Positions 13,051 through 25,879 of a stretch of DNA of 64,000 bases are shown here, in pieces (position 1 is the first letter of the stretch; every line of letters begins with the position of its first letter). Made by a program: the position numbers and the translations under genes. The DNA comes from Squalus acanthias. Lineage: Eukaryota. The DNA lies in the NCBI GenBank assembly GCA_030390025.1, contig CM059432.1, positions 122,762,001 to 122,826,000 on the forward strand, in the 5' to 3' direction. The notes under the pieces are model-generated. The model saw nothing but the letters and a program-made list of their open reading frames with translations, made no database searches and was not told the origin of the DNA.

Positions 13051-14720
13051 GAACGTAAAGTAGCATTTAAGTCATTTACATTGCAGAGCTGTGTTGGAAT
13101 ATGACACTGAGCATTCCGAGGAACTAGGCCAACTATTCCTTGGGTACACTCCATCAGAGTCACTGTAGCTTGGAGGTGGGAGCCAAGGGTATTCTGAGGT
13201 GGGTAAGCCCTATTCTTGCCCATTATGGGGTATGTTGAGGTTGGACAGAAGTTGTGCCAACCCCAAGCCTTATTGGAAATTTCTGATGCTGGGCAGTGAC
13301 CTGTCATTTCTGGGTCCAACCTGAATTTCTGTCCCCATCAGACCTTGATTTCTGCCCCCACTACACCAACGGGCCTGGGAATTTTCAGGCCCAAAGCCAT
13401 TTATGCTGTAAAGAAGAAGGAAAACATGACAGCACCAACACTGTCACCAGGCATTTAAAGTGGATTGGGCCTGATATGCTTCAGCAAAAAATTGTGGGTG
13501 GCGTGATGTATTTTAAATGCAGCACACTTATGGATTTGCACTGTGTGACTTCAAACTACTATTGTAAGTTCCCTGAGTACGATTGATGTTTTAGGAAAAA
13601 AGTTAAAGGGAGCTGACTCTTCTGGTTTAACTTTAATAAGGCCCCGAAAAAAACGTGCAATACAGCAACACCCAAGTTCAAACTCCAGCACGGACTAATA
13701 TCTTGCTTATGGTGACAAATGAGGACCAGGTCAATCAAATAAAAATCTCATGATTTATCTCACGTTTGCTACTTTGAACAATGGAACCTAGACTATTCAC
13801 AAAAAACGCTATTTCCCCCTTTTACTTTTACACCTCCTCACCTGAAATGTACCAGAAGGAAACAGATCCAAAGTATCTTGCACTGAAATTAGTTCAGTTA
13901 CAGTAACACATAGGGTGGAAGGCACACATTGTCCACAGTGATTGACTGAAGCAAACTGGTGCAAACTCCAGCTTTACAAAATTTGGAAAGGTGGACTTTG
14001 TTCTGAGTAATCTATCTCAGTCACTATAAACAAGATGTTAATCAACACTTGGCCCAGGGCTTGAATCACCCTAAACCTGGAACATTTGTTTTTGTTTGTC
14101 AGCTATGTTGTGTCTCAATGATCTTGATCATTTACAATACAGCTGCAAGTTTATATGATAGCAAAATACTGCGGATGCTGGAAATCTGAAATAACAACAG
14201 AAAACACTGAAAAACTCAGCAGGCCAGGCAGCATCCGTGGAGAGAGAAACAGAGTTAACGTTTCAGGTCGAAGACCTTTCGTCAGAACTGGAAAAAAGCA
14301 GGAAATGAAATAGATTTAAAGCAAGGATAAAGCTGGGAAAAGGGGGAGGGGATGAAAGAACAAAAGGAGAGATTAAGAGACATTGAGAGACATTAAGAGA
14401 TGATCAAGGCAAGAGGAGGTGTTAATGTGACAGGTTGAGGCTAAAAGAAGTGTGAAATGCACTGGCAGAATGAAGGACAGCTGCCAGCTTCTGGGAGGAA
14501 AAAAAAGGGGGGGGGCAAACGAAAGGGTGGATGAAAAAATAAAATATAAATGTGATAGGGGCCGAGGTTATGATCTAAAATTGTTGAACTCGATGTTGAG
14601 TCCAGAGGGCTGTAGGATGCCTAAACGAAAGATGAGGTGCTGTTCCTCGAGCTTACGCTGCGCTTCCGTGGAACACTGTAATAGGCCGAGGACGGTGAGG
14701 TCAGAGTGGGAGTGGAGCGC

Positions 14721-15119
14721 AGGAGATGCTACACATGCCCTTATACCTCCCCTCTTCCCACTGTCCAGGGCCCCAAACACCCCTTCCAGGTGAAACAGCG
14801 ATTTACTTGTACTTCCTGCAATTTAGTATACTGTATTCGCTGCTCACGATGTGGTCTCCTCTACATTGGGGAGACCAAACGCAAATTGGGTGACCGCTTT
14901 GCGGAACACCTCCGTTCAGTCCGTAAGGGGGACCCCGAGCTCCCGGTGGCCTGTCACTTTAGTTCTCCGCTCCACTTCCACTCTGACCTCACCGTCCTCG
15001 GCCTATTACATTGTTCCACGGAAGCTCAGCGTAAGCTCGAGGAACAGCACCTCATCTTTCGTTTAGGCACCCTACAGCCCTCTGGACTCAATATCGAGTT
15101 CAACAATTTTAGATCATAA
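14721..15119 (+). CDS. Penelope GIY-YIG endonuclease domain (5'-truncated, frame open)
   Basis: CYTC...FTCTSCNLVYCIRCSRCGLLYIGETKRKLGDRFAEH...VACHF...RKLEEQHLIFRLGTLQPSGLN: the VY-YIG and CCHH pattern of Penelope endonucleases. Confidence 0.85.
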   Translation, partial: RRCYTCPYTSPLPTVQGPKHPFQVKQRFTCTSCNLVYCIRCSRCGLLYIGETKRKLGDRFAEHLRSVRKGDPELPVACHFSSPLHFHSDLTVLGLLHCSTEAQRKLEEQHLIFRLGTLQPSGLNIEFNNFRS

Positions 15120-15395
15120 CCTCAGCCCCTATCACATTTATATTTTATTTTTTCATCCACCCTTTTGTTTGCCCCCCCTTTTTTTTTTCCTCCCAGAAGC
15201 TGGCAGCTGTCCTTCATTCTGCCAGCGCATTTCACACTTCTTTCAGCCTCAACCTGTCATATTAACACCTCCTCTTGCCTTGATCATCTCTTAATGTCTC
15301 TCAATGTCTCTTAATCTCTCCTTTTGTTCTTTCATCCCCTCCCCCTTTTCCCAGCTTTATCCTTGCTTTAAATCTATTTCATTTCCTGCTTTTTT

Positions 15396-15436
15396 CCAGT
15401 TCTGACGAAAGGTCTTCGACCTGAAACGTTAACTCT
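15396..15436 (+). ncRNA. Minimal hammerhead ribozyme in Penelope pLTR
   Basis: AGTT-CTGACGA-A-AGGTC-TTC-GACCT-GAAAC-GTTAACT: intact CUGAnGA/GAAA core, 5-bp stem II, palindromic AACGTT in place of stem III; mirror copy on the - strand at ~14252-14290. Confidence 0.8.
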
Positions 15437-16089
15437 GTTTCTCTCTCCACGGATGCTGCCTGGCCTGCTGAGTTTTTCCAGCGTTTTCTGTTGTTATTTT
15501 GCAAGTTTATATCCATTGATGCAGGTGAAATGCTCTAAAGAATCAAGTCTAAACATTGTGTAGTTATTTACTCGGATTCCATTTAAAACACCCACCTTGT
15601 CATGCTGATGAGATTGAAAAACCGGTATACACATAAAACCTGTTAATGAGAATGCCTTTAACTGTAGTCTGTTTTCCTGTCTGTCTCCATCTCACATAAC
15701 TTCATTGGGAGTACAGGAGGAGAAAGAACGATGAGAAAGATGAAGGTATATTTGTTACACTAAACATGCAGATAAAGTTTACCCTCCTGCCATGCACAGT
15801 GTGTGGACAGATATTAGTCAATCTTTGTGTTATGAGGGTCTGGTGTGTGTGTAGTTTTGGTGTGTGTGTGTAGCTTGTATTTGTATGTGGGGATGGGGTC
15901 CTTTGGTAGCAGCTCCATTGTCGGTGCTATAGATCAAACCTTTGATTGTTTCAGACGATAAAGTCTGATCTGACTGATCTGTGAAGCTGGAAGTGTGGAC
16001 CAAGGCAAGAGAATTAGGCACTATGGATTATGTGTGTTTTTCAGCTTCTATTTCCACCCCTACACCTAAAACCTCTGGAGACTCCCAAG

Positions 16090-17100
16090 AATCTCTCCTT
16101 GGTACCTCCTATTTCTTATTTACATGTTGTCCCTCGGCGACATTATCCAAAGATATGACGTCAGGTTCCACATGTACACTGACAACACGCAGCTCTACCT
16201 CATCGCCACCTCTTTTGACCCTTCCATTGCCTCTGATTTGTCATGCTGCTTGCCCGCTATCCAGTCCTGGATGAGCAGAAAGTTTCCTCCAGTAAAACAT
16301 TGGGAAGATTGAAGCGATTGCCTTCAGACCCCGCCACAAACTCGGTTCCCTCCCCACCAATTCCATCCCCTTCCCTGGCCACTGTCTAAGACTGAACCAA
16401 ACTGTTCACAACCTTGGTGTTTTATTTGACCCTGAGCTGCGCTTCCGACCCCGTATCTTCTCCATCACAACGACTGCCTACTTCTACTTCTGTAATATCG
16501 CCCGTCTCCACCCCTGCCTCAGCCCATCTGCTATTGAAACCCTCATCTACACTTTTGTTACTTCCAGACCTGACTGTTCCAATGCTCTCCTGGCCGGCCT
16601 CCCATCTTCCACCCTCCATAAACTTGAGCTCATCCATAATTTCTGCTGCCCATAATCTAATCCACACGAGTCCTGCTCACCCATCACCCCTGTGCTGACC
16701 TAGATTGGCTCACAGTCCACCAATGCCTCAAATTTAACATTCTCATTTTAGTTTTCCGATCCCTTCATGGCTTCACCCTCTCTTGCTCTGTAACCTCCTT
16801 CAGCCCAATAACCCTCCAAAAAAATCTGCATTCCTCCAATGCCCTTCACCCCACCATTAGCGGCTGTGCCTTCAGCCGTCTAGACCCTAAGCCCTAGAAT
16901 TCCCACCTAAACTTCTTTGCTTCTCCACCTTTCCTCCTTTAAGACCCTCCTTAAAACCTACCTCTTTGACCAAGCTTTTAGTTACCCATCCTAATATTAC
17001 CTTCTTCAGCTTGGAGTCAATTTCTGTCTGATTACTCTACTGTGAAATGCCTTGGGATGTTTTCCTACGTTAAAGCACAATATAAATGCAAGTTGTTGTT
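16090..17100 (+). mobile_element. L2 LINE fragment (RT C-terminal part to 3' end)
   Basis: LFLIYMLSLGDIIQRYDVRFHMYTDNTQLYL (YADD motif decayed); L2 3' tail TATAAATGCAAGTTGTTGTTG. Confidence 0.85.
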
Positions 17101-17124
17101 GAGAAGCTTGGCTTCTGACTCTTT

Positions 17125-17418
17125 GGCCGCGATCTTACCTTTCGGTGCGAGTTGGGAGCGGGTCAGCTGACTTGCGGGTTCCGATCCCGCCCCCAACGAC
17201 GCCCAACGCACAGATGCTATTTTGCGTCAATTGGCCTTGTTAAGCCCGCCCTGCGGGCTTGCCAGCCAATTAAGAGAAAGCCGGTGTCAGATGACGTCAG
17301 TTGATGACGCGTATGGAGGCGGGTTGACAGCGGGTACAGGACCCGCTGTCAATCTTTGCAATTTTGCCAGCAGTCCCGCCTCCAAACCCGTCCCCTGAGC
17401 GCCGGCAAAATTCCCCCC
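17125..17418. mobile_element. Short Harbinger MITE (fused terminal arms)
   Basis: TIRs GGCCGCGATCTT / AAAATTCCCCCC; TTT on both flanks; arms match the two ends of 5063-5866 in reverse orientation. Confidence 0.8.
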
Positions 17419-18944
17419 TTTATATTTCCCATGAATGTTGATGCTCAAATATAGGCATTGTGAGTTCTTTCCTCCATTACTCCACAGTAACAAAGGAACC
17501 TCACCATGTATGCATAAACAAACTGAAAACAGCTAAGTTATAGAACATAACCAGGCACATTGACTGACAAGCCAACAGCCCACATTACACATCATAGCAG
17601 TCCATTACAGTCAAATCCTGAAAATGGGAAATTAAGTAAAGCTAACTACCACTTCGACCCTACTCTTTATTTCCAAACTCTAGCAATTTCATCAACCCAG
17701 TGACAATAATGCTTAATAAAACTAGTTAATACTTTCCACCAGGGAACATCAACTTATCTGAAAATCGCAGCTGCAGCTAATCTTGTAGAAAATACATTTT
17801 CATATAAAACAATGATCAGTTCCTCGGAAGAAAATGATAAGTTTTTAAAAGCACCAGTTTAACATAAGAGTTATACATAACTTCTCCTGAGACAAGCACG
17901 AAGTAAAAACACGTTTGACTGTAACTAGCTCATCTTAATACTTTTCTGTCTCAAGTTTCTGTGCAACCAACAGTGGGAGAAACAATTGGTTTTAACATCC
18001 TTCTGTTCTCTTCTCCCTGCTGATCCAATTGTTTCTGACAGCTTCCAGTTGTGCCTTATGATTGGTTCATATTGACAAGCTACGACCCCAATTTTAAAAA
18101 GTTGAATCTTCTTATGAAATGTTGACTAGCTGACACTCGGGTTGAAAAAAGTCGGCATGTATGATGATGTATTCCTGCTCAAACAACACCTGGCCTAAAG
18201 CACTGTATATGGAGATCTTTTTTTCCTTTTAACTTCCTGCTCTAGGCTTGTACATTGCCACTTTCTGCCATGTGTGGGTTGATCATTAGCTAAATCTCAT
18301 CTGTGGAAAACAAGTCAGGATTGAGTAGTGGACATTGTACAGTTAGATAGATATTCTCAATTAGCATTGAGCATCAGGAAGAAATATTGCAGAACTTTCC
18401 CTCAGGTGATTAAATAAAAGGGGTAGTGTCTGGGAAAATTGTTCGTGATCTGTGGAAAAAATGAGCTTGATGGGACAGGAGTCTTTTTCTAGCTCTATGC
18501 TTCCTTGTGGTCTTCTATTCCACCTGGGTCATTAGTGTATAATTTTGTGTCATGCCCCAATGGAAAAAGATGCTTTTTTGCAGACATGGCCTCACTGTGT
18601 ATATTCACAAACCAATATATACTCAAATTTATGCAACCAGATGCACAGTAAATACTTAGCCCTATCTGTTCTCTTGGAAATTGCTCTCTTTAGAAAAGAA
18701 CTATGTTGCGTGGGCACATTTTGTTTGGATTGATTGCTGAATATTTATTTGTCAGATGACAGCAGGGTATTGCAGATATAGTCGAGCACAGGTTTACTCC
18801 TATGATTATCCCACACCTCGAGATCTGAGTCTCAACTGTGTTTCCGTGGAGCAAAAAACAGGTGTTTTTCCACAGGGCTGAGGGAACTAAGAGTGAGAGA
18901 TACCTAGGGTAGCTCTTGCGCACCTTTTAGAAGGAGGGGGCACT

Positions 18945-19665
18945 GCATGAACGAGACTGTTCCCAACCTCGGCGTCCTATTTGACCCTGAGCTGAGCTTC
19001 TGACCCCATATCCTCTCCATCACAATGACCGCCTACTTCCACCTCCAGAACATTGCCTGTCTCTGCCACTGACTCAGTCCATCTGCTGCTGAAACCCTCG
19101 TCCATGTTTTTGTTACCTCCAGACATGACTATTCCAATGCTCTCCTGAATGGCCTCCCTTCTTCCATCCTTCTTCTATTTAAGCTCATCCAAAACTCTGG
19201 TGCCCATATCTGAACTCACATCAAGTTCTATTCACCCATCACCCCTGTGACATACACTGGCTCCCAGTTCAGCAACACCTCTATTTTAAAATCTCATCCT
19301 TGTGTTCATGTCCCTCCATGGTCTCACTCCTCCCTATCTCTATAACCTCCTCCAGCCCTTCAACCCTCCAAGATCTCTGCGCTCCTCCAAATCTGGCCTC
19401 TTGCACATCCTTGATTTTAATCGCTCCACCATTGGCGACCATGCCTTCAGCCGCGTCGGCCCCAAGCTCTGGAATTCCCTCCCTAAACCGTTCCACCTCT
19501 CTACCGCTGTCTCCTCCTTTAAGATGCTCCTTAAAACTTACCTCCTTCACCTGTCCTAATATCTCCTTATGTGTCTCGGTGTCAAATTTTGTTTGATAAC
19601 GCTCCTGTGAAGCGCCTTGGGACATTTTACTACGTTAAAGACGCTATATAAATGCAAATTGTTGT
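18945..19665 (+). mobile_element. L2 LINE 3' fragment
   Basis: NLGVLFDPELSF...LHGLTPPYLYNLLQP...AFSRVGPKLWNSLPKP; L2 tail. Confidence 0.85.
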
Positions 19666-20424
19666 TACAATTGCAAGATGATGTTGTTGCACTGACTGCA
19701 TATTTTTCGAACATTGATTTAAATTGTTGCATTTCATCTTTTATATAATGACAGGGAGAATGTGGCAGTGCAGGGGTTGTCATGTTATAGACAAGTGATG
19801 CTTTTCTGTGATCCATCAGTTCGCTGGTTAATGTAAGAAAAGAGCAATTCTGTGGAATTCTGTCACTGAGGTGTGCACACATTTAAGGGAAAACTTGGAA
19901 CTTCTGAAAATTGGGCCGATAGCCCTAGAGATATTTGCAGAGATTAGATGGGGCCAAGCTTTGATTGGGACAAGAAGCTTTTGGGTTTGGCAGTAAAAAA
20001 AAGCAGTCTTTGATCCAGGTGTTCCAGCTGTGACTATGCCAATCCGATAAACTCACTTTAAAATTCAGCCATTAATCATTTTACATTCATCCCCAGTCAA
20101 AGGGATTGTTAATGAGTCACCTGTCTTTCAAAGTACTTATTATACTGTTTTCTTTTTTCTTATTATCTTTCTCATGGGCTTCTTGTGGCTAGATTGTCCA
20201 ATTACAGTAATGGCACATAATGTTCAAATAGTTGCCTTGTTACTGAAAAAAATGGATTAAAGCATCAGTGCACCCTAATTACAGGATATGGTGGAAGGCC
20301 ATTCATCAATGTTTTAGTTGTGTCAAATTGTGTAGAGTTGATTGTCTTTTTTTTGATTCTAGGCTTTTAACTTTAATGCCTTTTCACTCAGTGCAGTGCC
20401 ATCTGGCGCACGCATGAGTGAGAA

Positions 20425-21370
20425 AGAAAGACTTGCATTTACAGAGCACATTGTCACATCTCTCCAATACATCACAAGGCACCACATGCTGTGAATCACT
20501 TTGAAATGCAATCACTAGTGGGCTGACTTTTAATGTGGAAGAGCGCGTGGATTTGGGTGCGGGTGGGGGGGTTTAAAATCGTCGAAATTGACAGCGCGTC
20601 GGGAAGCCGGCTCCAACCCACCGTCTTCTGCAATTGACTCCAGCGCGTTAGGCTGCGTGCGCACAACCCGCTCGGGAGATGCGGGTTGACAATTTCCATA
20701 TGCTAATCATTCAATTAGAGCAATAGTGACATGATGTTTTCACTTTGACGTCGGGTCCATGGGTTTCCCAGGCTTCCTGAGACTTGCCTGTGAAACCAAG
20801 GTGAGTACACAGCGGCAGTTTTTGTGGGCGGGGCCGGCTTCCAGCGCAATGCTTTTTTAAACCAGCGCAAAAGATCGCGGAAACTCAATTTGCGCTGAAC
20901 GTAATTTGCACTTGAAAATCCTTGACCTTTTGCGCTGGTTTGGATGGTTTCAGGCGAATTGCGCTCAAAAAAAACAGTGCAACCTAGCGGAAACTCCAGG
21001 CCAAAGTAGCTAATTAGCAAACAGAAAAGTCCTACAAACAGCAATGAGATAAACGACCAGATATCTGGAATTTCTTTAGCGATGTCGGTTGGGAGATAAA
21101 TATTTATCAGAACATCGGGGAGAACTCCCCTGCTCTTCTTATTGCCATGGGATCTTTTACATCCACCTGAGAGGACAGAAGACGCCTCGGTTTAACATCT
21201 CATCTGAAAACCGGCACTTCCAACTGAACAGCACTCCCTCAGTACTGCACTCTCACGGTACCGCACTGAAGTGTCAGACTAGATGATGTACTCACTTCTT
21301 TGGAGTGGGGCTTGAATCCACACCCTTCTGACTCAGAGGCGAGAGTGCTACCAACTGAGCCACGGCTGAT
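20425..21370 (-). mobile_element. DeuSINE (SacSINE1-like) interrupted by a Harbinger MITE
   Basis: tRNA-like head at 21300-21370; Deu-domain core GCCATGGGATCTTTTACATCCACCTGAGAG; L2-like tail at 20425. Confidence 0.75.
20520..21002. mobile_element. Chimeric non-autonomous Harbinger element
   Basis: GGGCTGACTTTT ... AAACTCCAGGCC; left part resembles 21788-22070, right part resembles 58090-58230. Confidence 0.65.
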
Positions 21371-22127
21371 ATATTTGAGTACCTTTGACGTAGATCATAT
21401 TTAGATTATGCCAAAACAGACACTGCATCCCTGTAGCTATATGTCAGTTTTGCTGGTAGATCTACATTTTTTGTCAGAAATTAATGATAGAGAAGTGAGT
21501 TTTCCAGTTTCAACATCTTGTGGACTGGGAACAGCAACTTTAATGAATCAGGTGCCACTCATTTGTGAGGTCATAACTGTGCCACCTGGAAACATAAGCA
21601 GCTTCCTCATTAGGAAAGAGCTGTGTGAAATTGGCATCCAGATGAGATGGGAAAAGGTTCATTTATATGCAAACTGGGACGGGCAATGGCTTTCCACATT
21701 GAGTTGATGCTTTCAAGAATTAATTGTACTGCACATTATTGAAAACAGATTTACGAAATTACTACTAATTTATTTTTAAAACTTATGAGGGGGAATTTTA
21801 ATATGGCGGATGTGTGAGTTTGGCAGCGGGTGGGGGGGATTAAAGCCAGTGAAATTGACAGCGCATCAGGTTGCTCCAACCCGCCGACTTACAGGTTTCA
21901 CCCTGGAACATTCGGCGACATGCGAGCAACCCCCTCGAGAGAAGTGGATTGGCAATTAACATATGTCAATCAGAGCGATATTGACACAGATTTTTGAGTT
22001 TACCCTGTGATCTATTGGTTTCCCGGGCTTCCTGAAACTCGCCAGTGAAAGCAAGGTGAGAACACAGCCAGCAATTGAGGGGTTCCATCAATCTCAGGGA
22101 AATATGGCACAAAATACTCAGAGCTGC

Positions 22128-22513
22128 TTTTCTTTTAATCGTTCACAGGATGTGGGTGCCACTGGCAAGGCCAGCATTTATTGCCCATCCCTAATTGCCC
22201 TTGAATAACTGAGTGGCTTACTGGGCCATTTCAGAGGGCAGTTAAGAGTCAACCACATTGCTGTGGGTCCGAAGTCACATATAGGTCAGACAGGGTAAGG
22301 ACAGCAGATTTCCTTCACTAATGAACCCAATGGGTTTGTTACGACAGTCGAGTGGTTTCATGGTCAACATTACTAGCTTTTTTTTTTAAATTGCAGATTT
22401 TTTTAATTGAATTTAAATTCCCCAGCTGCCATTTGAACTCATGTTGCCAGATTAGTCCAGGCCTCTAGGATTACTAGTCCAGTAACATAACCACTACGCC
22501 ACTGTTCCCTGCC
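22128..22513 (-). mobile_element. tRNA-derived SINE sharing its 3' tail with the CR1-group LINE at 33410-35985
   Basis: Minus-strand head TGGCGTAGTGG...GAGTTCAAAT; tail GGGCAATTAGGGATGGGCAATAAATGCTGGCCTTGCCAG matches the LINE 3' end. Confidence 0.75.
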
Positions 22514-22579
22514 TGTGGGAAAGGGTGTTCACAGTATTTCTGCTGAGAGTTGATTGGCGATTTGCTCTATCTGATCAGG

Positions 22580-25500
22580 ATGGGTGCCGCTTATGCTGTC
22601 TTAGATTGGACCTCAGATGAGGACTAAGATGACCAGGAACAGCAGCAGCCCCAGCAACAGCCTGCTGGTCACAGACCTGTAGCTGCGCAGCAGAGAGGGG
22701 AGCGGCAGAGTGGGGAACAGCAGAGAGGGGAGTGGCAGAGGGGGGAACAGCAGAGAGGGGAGTGGCAGAGGGGGGAACAGCAGAGAGGGGAGTGGCAGAA
22801 GGGGGAACAGCAGAGAGGGGAGCGGCAGAGAGGGGAGCAGCAGAGAGGGGAGCAGCAGAGAGGGGAGCGGCAGAGAGGGGAGCGGCAGAGAGGGGAGCGG
22901 CGGAGAGAGGAGCAGCAGAGAGGGGAGTGGCAGAGAGGAGAGCAGTAGAGAGGGAGCGGCAGAGAGGGGAGCGGCAGAGAGGGGAGTGGCAGAAAGGGGA
23001 GCGACGGAGAGAGGAGCAGCAGAGAGGGGAGTGGCAGAGAGGGGAGCAGTAGAGAGGGGAGCAGCGGAGAGAGGAGCAGCAGAGAGGGTAGTGGCAGAGA
23101 GGGGAGCAGTAGAGAGGGAGCGGCAGAGAGGGGAGTGGCAGAGAGGGGAGTGGCAGAGCGGGGAGCAGTAGAGAGGGGAGCAGCAGAGAGGGGAGCAGCA
23201 GAGAGTGGAGCAGCAGAGAGGGGAGTGGCAGAGAGGGGAGCGGCAGAGAGGGGAGCAGCAGAGAGGGGAGCAGCAGAGAGGGGAGCAGCAGAGAGGGGAG
23301 CGGCAGAGAGTGGAGTGGCAGAGAGGGGAGCAGTAGAGAGGGAGCAGCAGAGAGTGGAGTTGCAGAGAGCGGAGTGCCAGAGAGGGGAGCAGCAGAGAGG
23401 GGAGCAGTAGAGAAGGGAGCGGCAGAGAGGGGAGCGGCAAAGAGGGAAGCGGCAGAGAGGGGAGTGGCAGAAAGGGGAGCGACGGAGAGAGGAGCAGCAG
23501 AGAGGGGAGTGGCAGAGAAGGGAGCAGTAGAGAGGGGAGTGGCAGAGAGGGAGCGGCAGAGAGGGGAGTGGCAGAGAGAGGAGCAGCAGAGAGGGGAGTG
23601 GCGGAGAGAGGAGCAGCAGAGAGGGGAGCAGTAGAGAGGGGAGCAGTAGAGAGGGAGCGGCAGAGAGGTGAGTGGCAGAGAGGGGAGTGGCAGAGAGGGG
23701 AGCGGCGGAGAGAGGAGCAGCAGAGAGGGGAGTGGCAGAGAGGGGAGCAGCAGAGAGGGGAGTGGCAGAGACGGGAGTGGCAGAGAGCGGAGTGCCAGAG
23801 AGGGGAGCAGCAGAGAGGGAGCGGCAGAGAGGGGAGTGGCAGAGACGGGAGTGGCAGAGAGCGGAGTGCCAGAGAGGGGAGCAGTAGAGAAGGGAGCGGC
23901 AGAGAGGGGAGCGGCAGAGAGGGGAGCGGCAAAGAGGGAAGCGGCAGAGAGGGGAGCGGCAGAGAGGGAAGCGGCAGAGAGGGGAGTGGCAGAGAGGGGA
24001 GTGGCAGAGAGGGGAGCAGTAGAGAGGGAGCGGCAGAGAGGGGAGCGGCAGAGAGCGGAGTGGCAGAGAGGGGAGCAGTAGAGAGGGAGCGGCAGAGAGG
24101 GGAGTGGCAGAGAGGGGAGCAGTAGAGAGGGAGCGGCAGAGAGGGGAGCAGTAGCGAAGGGAGCGGCAGAGAGGGGAGCGGCAGAGAGAGGAGCGGCAGA
24201 GAGGGAAGCGGCAGAGAGGGGAGTGGCAGAGAGGGGAGCAGTAGAGAGGGAGCGACAGAGAGGGGAGCGGCAGAGAGGGGAGCAGTAGAGAGGGAGCGGC
24301 AGAGAGGGGAGCGGCAGAGAGGGGAGCAGTAGAGAGGGAGCGGCAGAGAGGGGAGTGGCAGAGAGGAGCGTGGCAGAGAGGGGAGTGGCAGAGAGGGGAG
24401 TGGCAGAGAGGGGAGTGGCAGAGAGGAGCGTGGCAGAGAGGGGAGCGGCAGAGAGGGGAGCGGCAGAGAGGGAAGCGGCAGAGAGGGGAGTGGCAGAGAG
24501 GGGAGCAGTAGAGAGGGAGCGGCAGAGAGGGGAGCAGCAGAGAGGGGAGCAGTAGAGAGGGAGCGGCAGAGAGGGGAGTGGCAGAGAGGAGCGTGGCAGA
24601 GAGGGGAGTGGCAGAGAGGGGAGCGGCAGAGAGGGGAGTGGCAGAGAGGAGCGTGGCAGAGAGGAGCGTGGCAGAGAGGGGAGCGGCAGAGAGGGGAGCG
24701 GCAGAGAGGGGAGTGGCAGAGAGGTGCAGCTCACAAGAGGCCAGACCCGCCATAGCATGTTGGGAATAAGCTTCCTCAACATATGGGAACAGCAGTGTCT
24801 CAGGAGGCTCAGGTTGTCGTGTCAGGTGGTGGCACACATCTGCAGCCTTCTGGAAGAAGACCTGCTGCCAATTGGACCTAGTGGCCATGCCTTACCAGTA
24901 ATTGTCAAAGTCACCACCACCCTCAACCTTTTTGCCTCTGGATCCGTCCAGGGCTCTGCCAGGAGACATTTGCAGGATGTCCCAGTTAGCAGCAGACAGA
25001 TGCATAAGACATGTGACTGATGGCTTGTTTGTCAGGGTTGCCAATTATGTCAACTTTGGCTGTGAAGATGCCAGTCAGAATGAGTGGGTGCTTGGGTTTG
25101 TGACTCTGGCTGGCTTCCCACAGGTGCAGGGTGTCATCGACTGTATACACGTGGCAATCAGGACACCCACAGATCACCCAGGAGTATTTGGCAACCGCAA
25201 AGGCTTCCATTCCATCAATATGCAGCTAGTGTGCAACCACAAAAAGATCTTTATGCAGTTGTGCGCAAGATTCCTGGGCAGCTGCCATGATGCTTTCATG
25301 TTGTGGCAGTCTAACTTCCCTGACTTCTTCACACCTGGAAGTAGAGTTACCGACTGGCTGCTCGGAGACAAAGGATACCACTTAAAACGTGGCTGATGAC
25401 ACTTCTCAGAAACCAGCAATGAGGCCTAGGAGCGATACAATTAATGCCGTACCATCACCAGATGTGTCATTGAACAAGCCATCGGCATGCTGAAGATGCG

Positions 25501-25620
25501 CTTCAGGTGCCTGGACAGATCTGGTGGCACCCTTCAGTATGCACCAGCGAGGGTCTCCAGAATGGTTATGTTTTGCTGTGCTCTGCACAACAATACACAA
25601 CAGCGAGGTTTGGACCTGCC
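22580..25620 (+). pseudogene. Harbinger DDE transposase (HARBI1-like), frameshifted, with a minisatellite in the N-terminus
   Basis: ATG at 22580; [100 protein letters not shown]. Confidence 0.92.
22688..24722 (+). repeat. 15-bp purine-rich minisatellite (GAGYRGYAGAGAGGG)n, ~135 units by length
   Basis: Read directly; CGG/TGG/CAG and GCA/GTA variants plus interspersed 14-bp units. Confidence 0.97.
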
Positions 25621-25879
25621 GAGGACCAAGTCGCAGAGCGCAGGTTCCCTTCAGAGGATTCCAAGGAGGAGGAGGAGGAAGAGAAGCAGGAGGAAGGTGA
25701 TGAGGGTAATGTACCACCAGCTGCGCACATTGCTGCCCAGGACGTGGACCCGCATGACTCGATTTCAACTACAGTATTTAAAGGGACAATCCAAAAATGC
25801 AATTTGGAGGTGTTGGATTTCAGAAGAAGAGAGGAGGATGGTGAGAAATGGAATTGAGACGTGCAGCAGGATGAAGGTG

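Larger units (their letters stand above)
14157..15499 (+). mobile_element. Penelope-like retroelement 3' part (GIY-YIG endonuclease) with inverted 5' copy
   Basis: 13-bp TSD TGCAAGTTTATAT (14144-14156 / 15500-15512); ~530-bp inverted arms (~14188-14720 vs 14968-15498). Confidence 0.92.

Noticed and set aside
22688..24722. CRISPR-like array (also considered for 50460-53030)
   Set aside because: No unique spacers; pure tandem units in eukaryotic DNA.
22575..24888. 735-aa, 739-aa and 439-aa ORFs on the minus strand and many on the plus strand
   Set aside because: They are translations of the 15-bp minisatellite, open in several frames only because the C/T-rich strand lacks stops.
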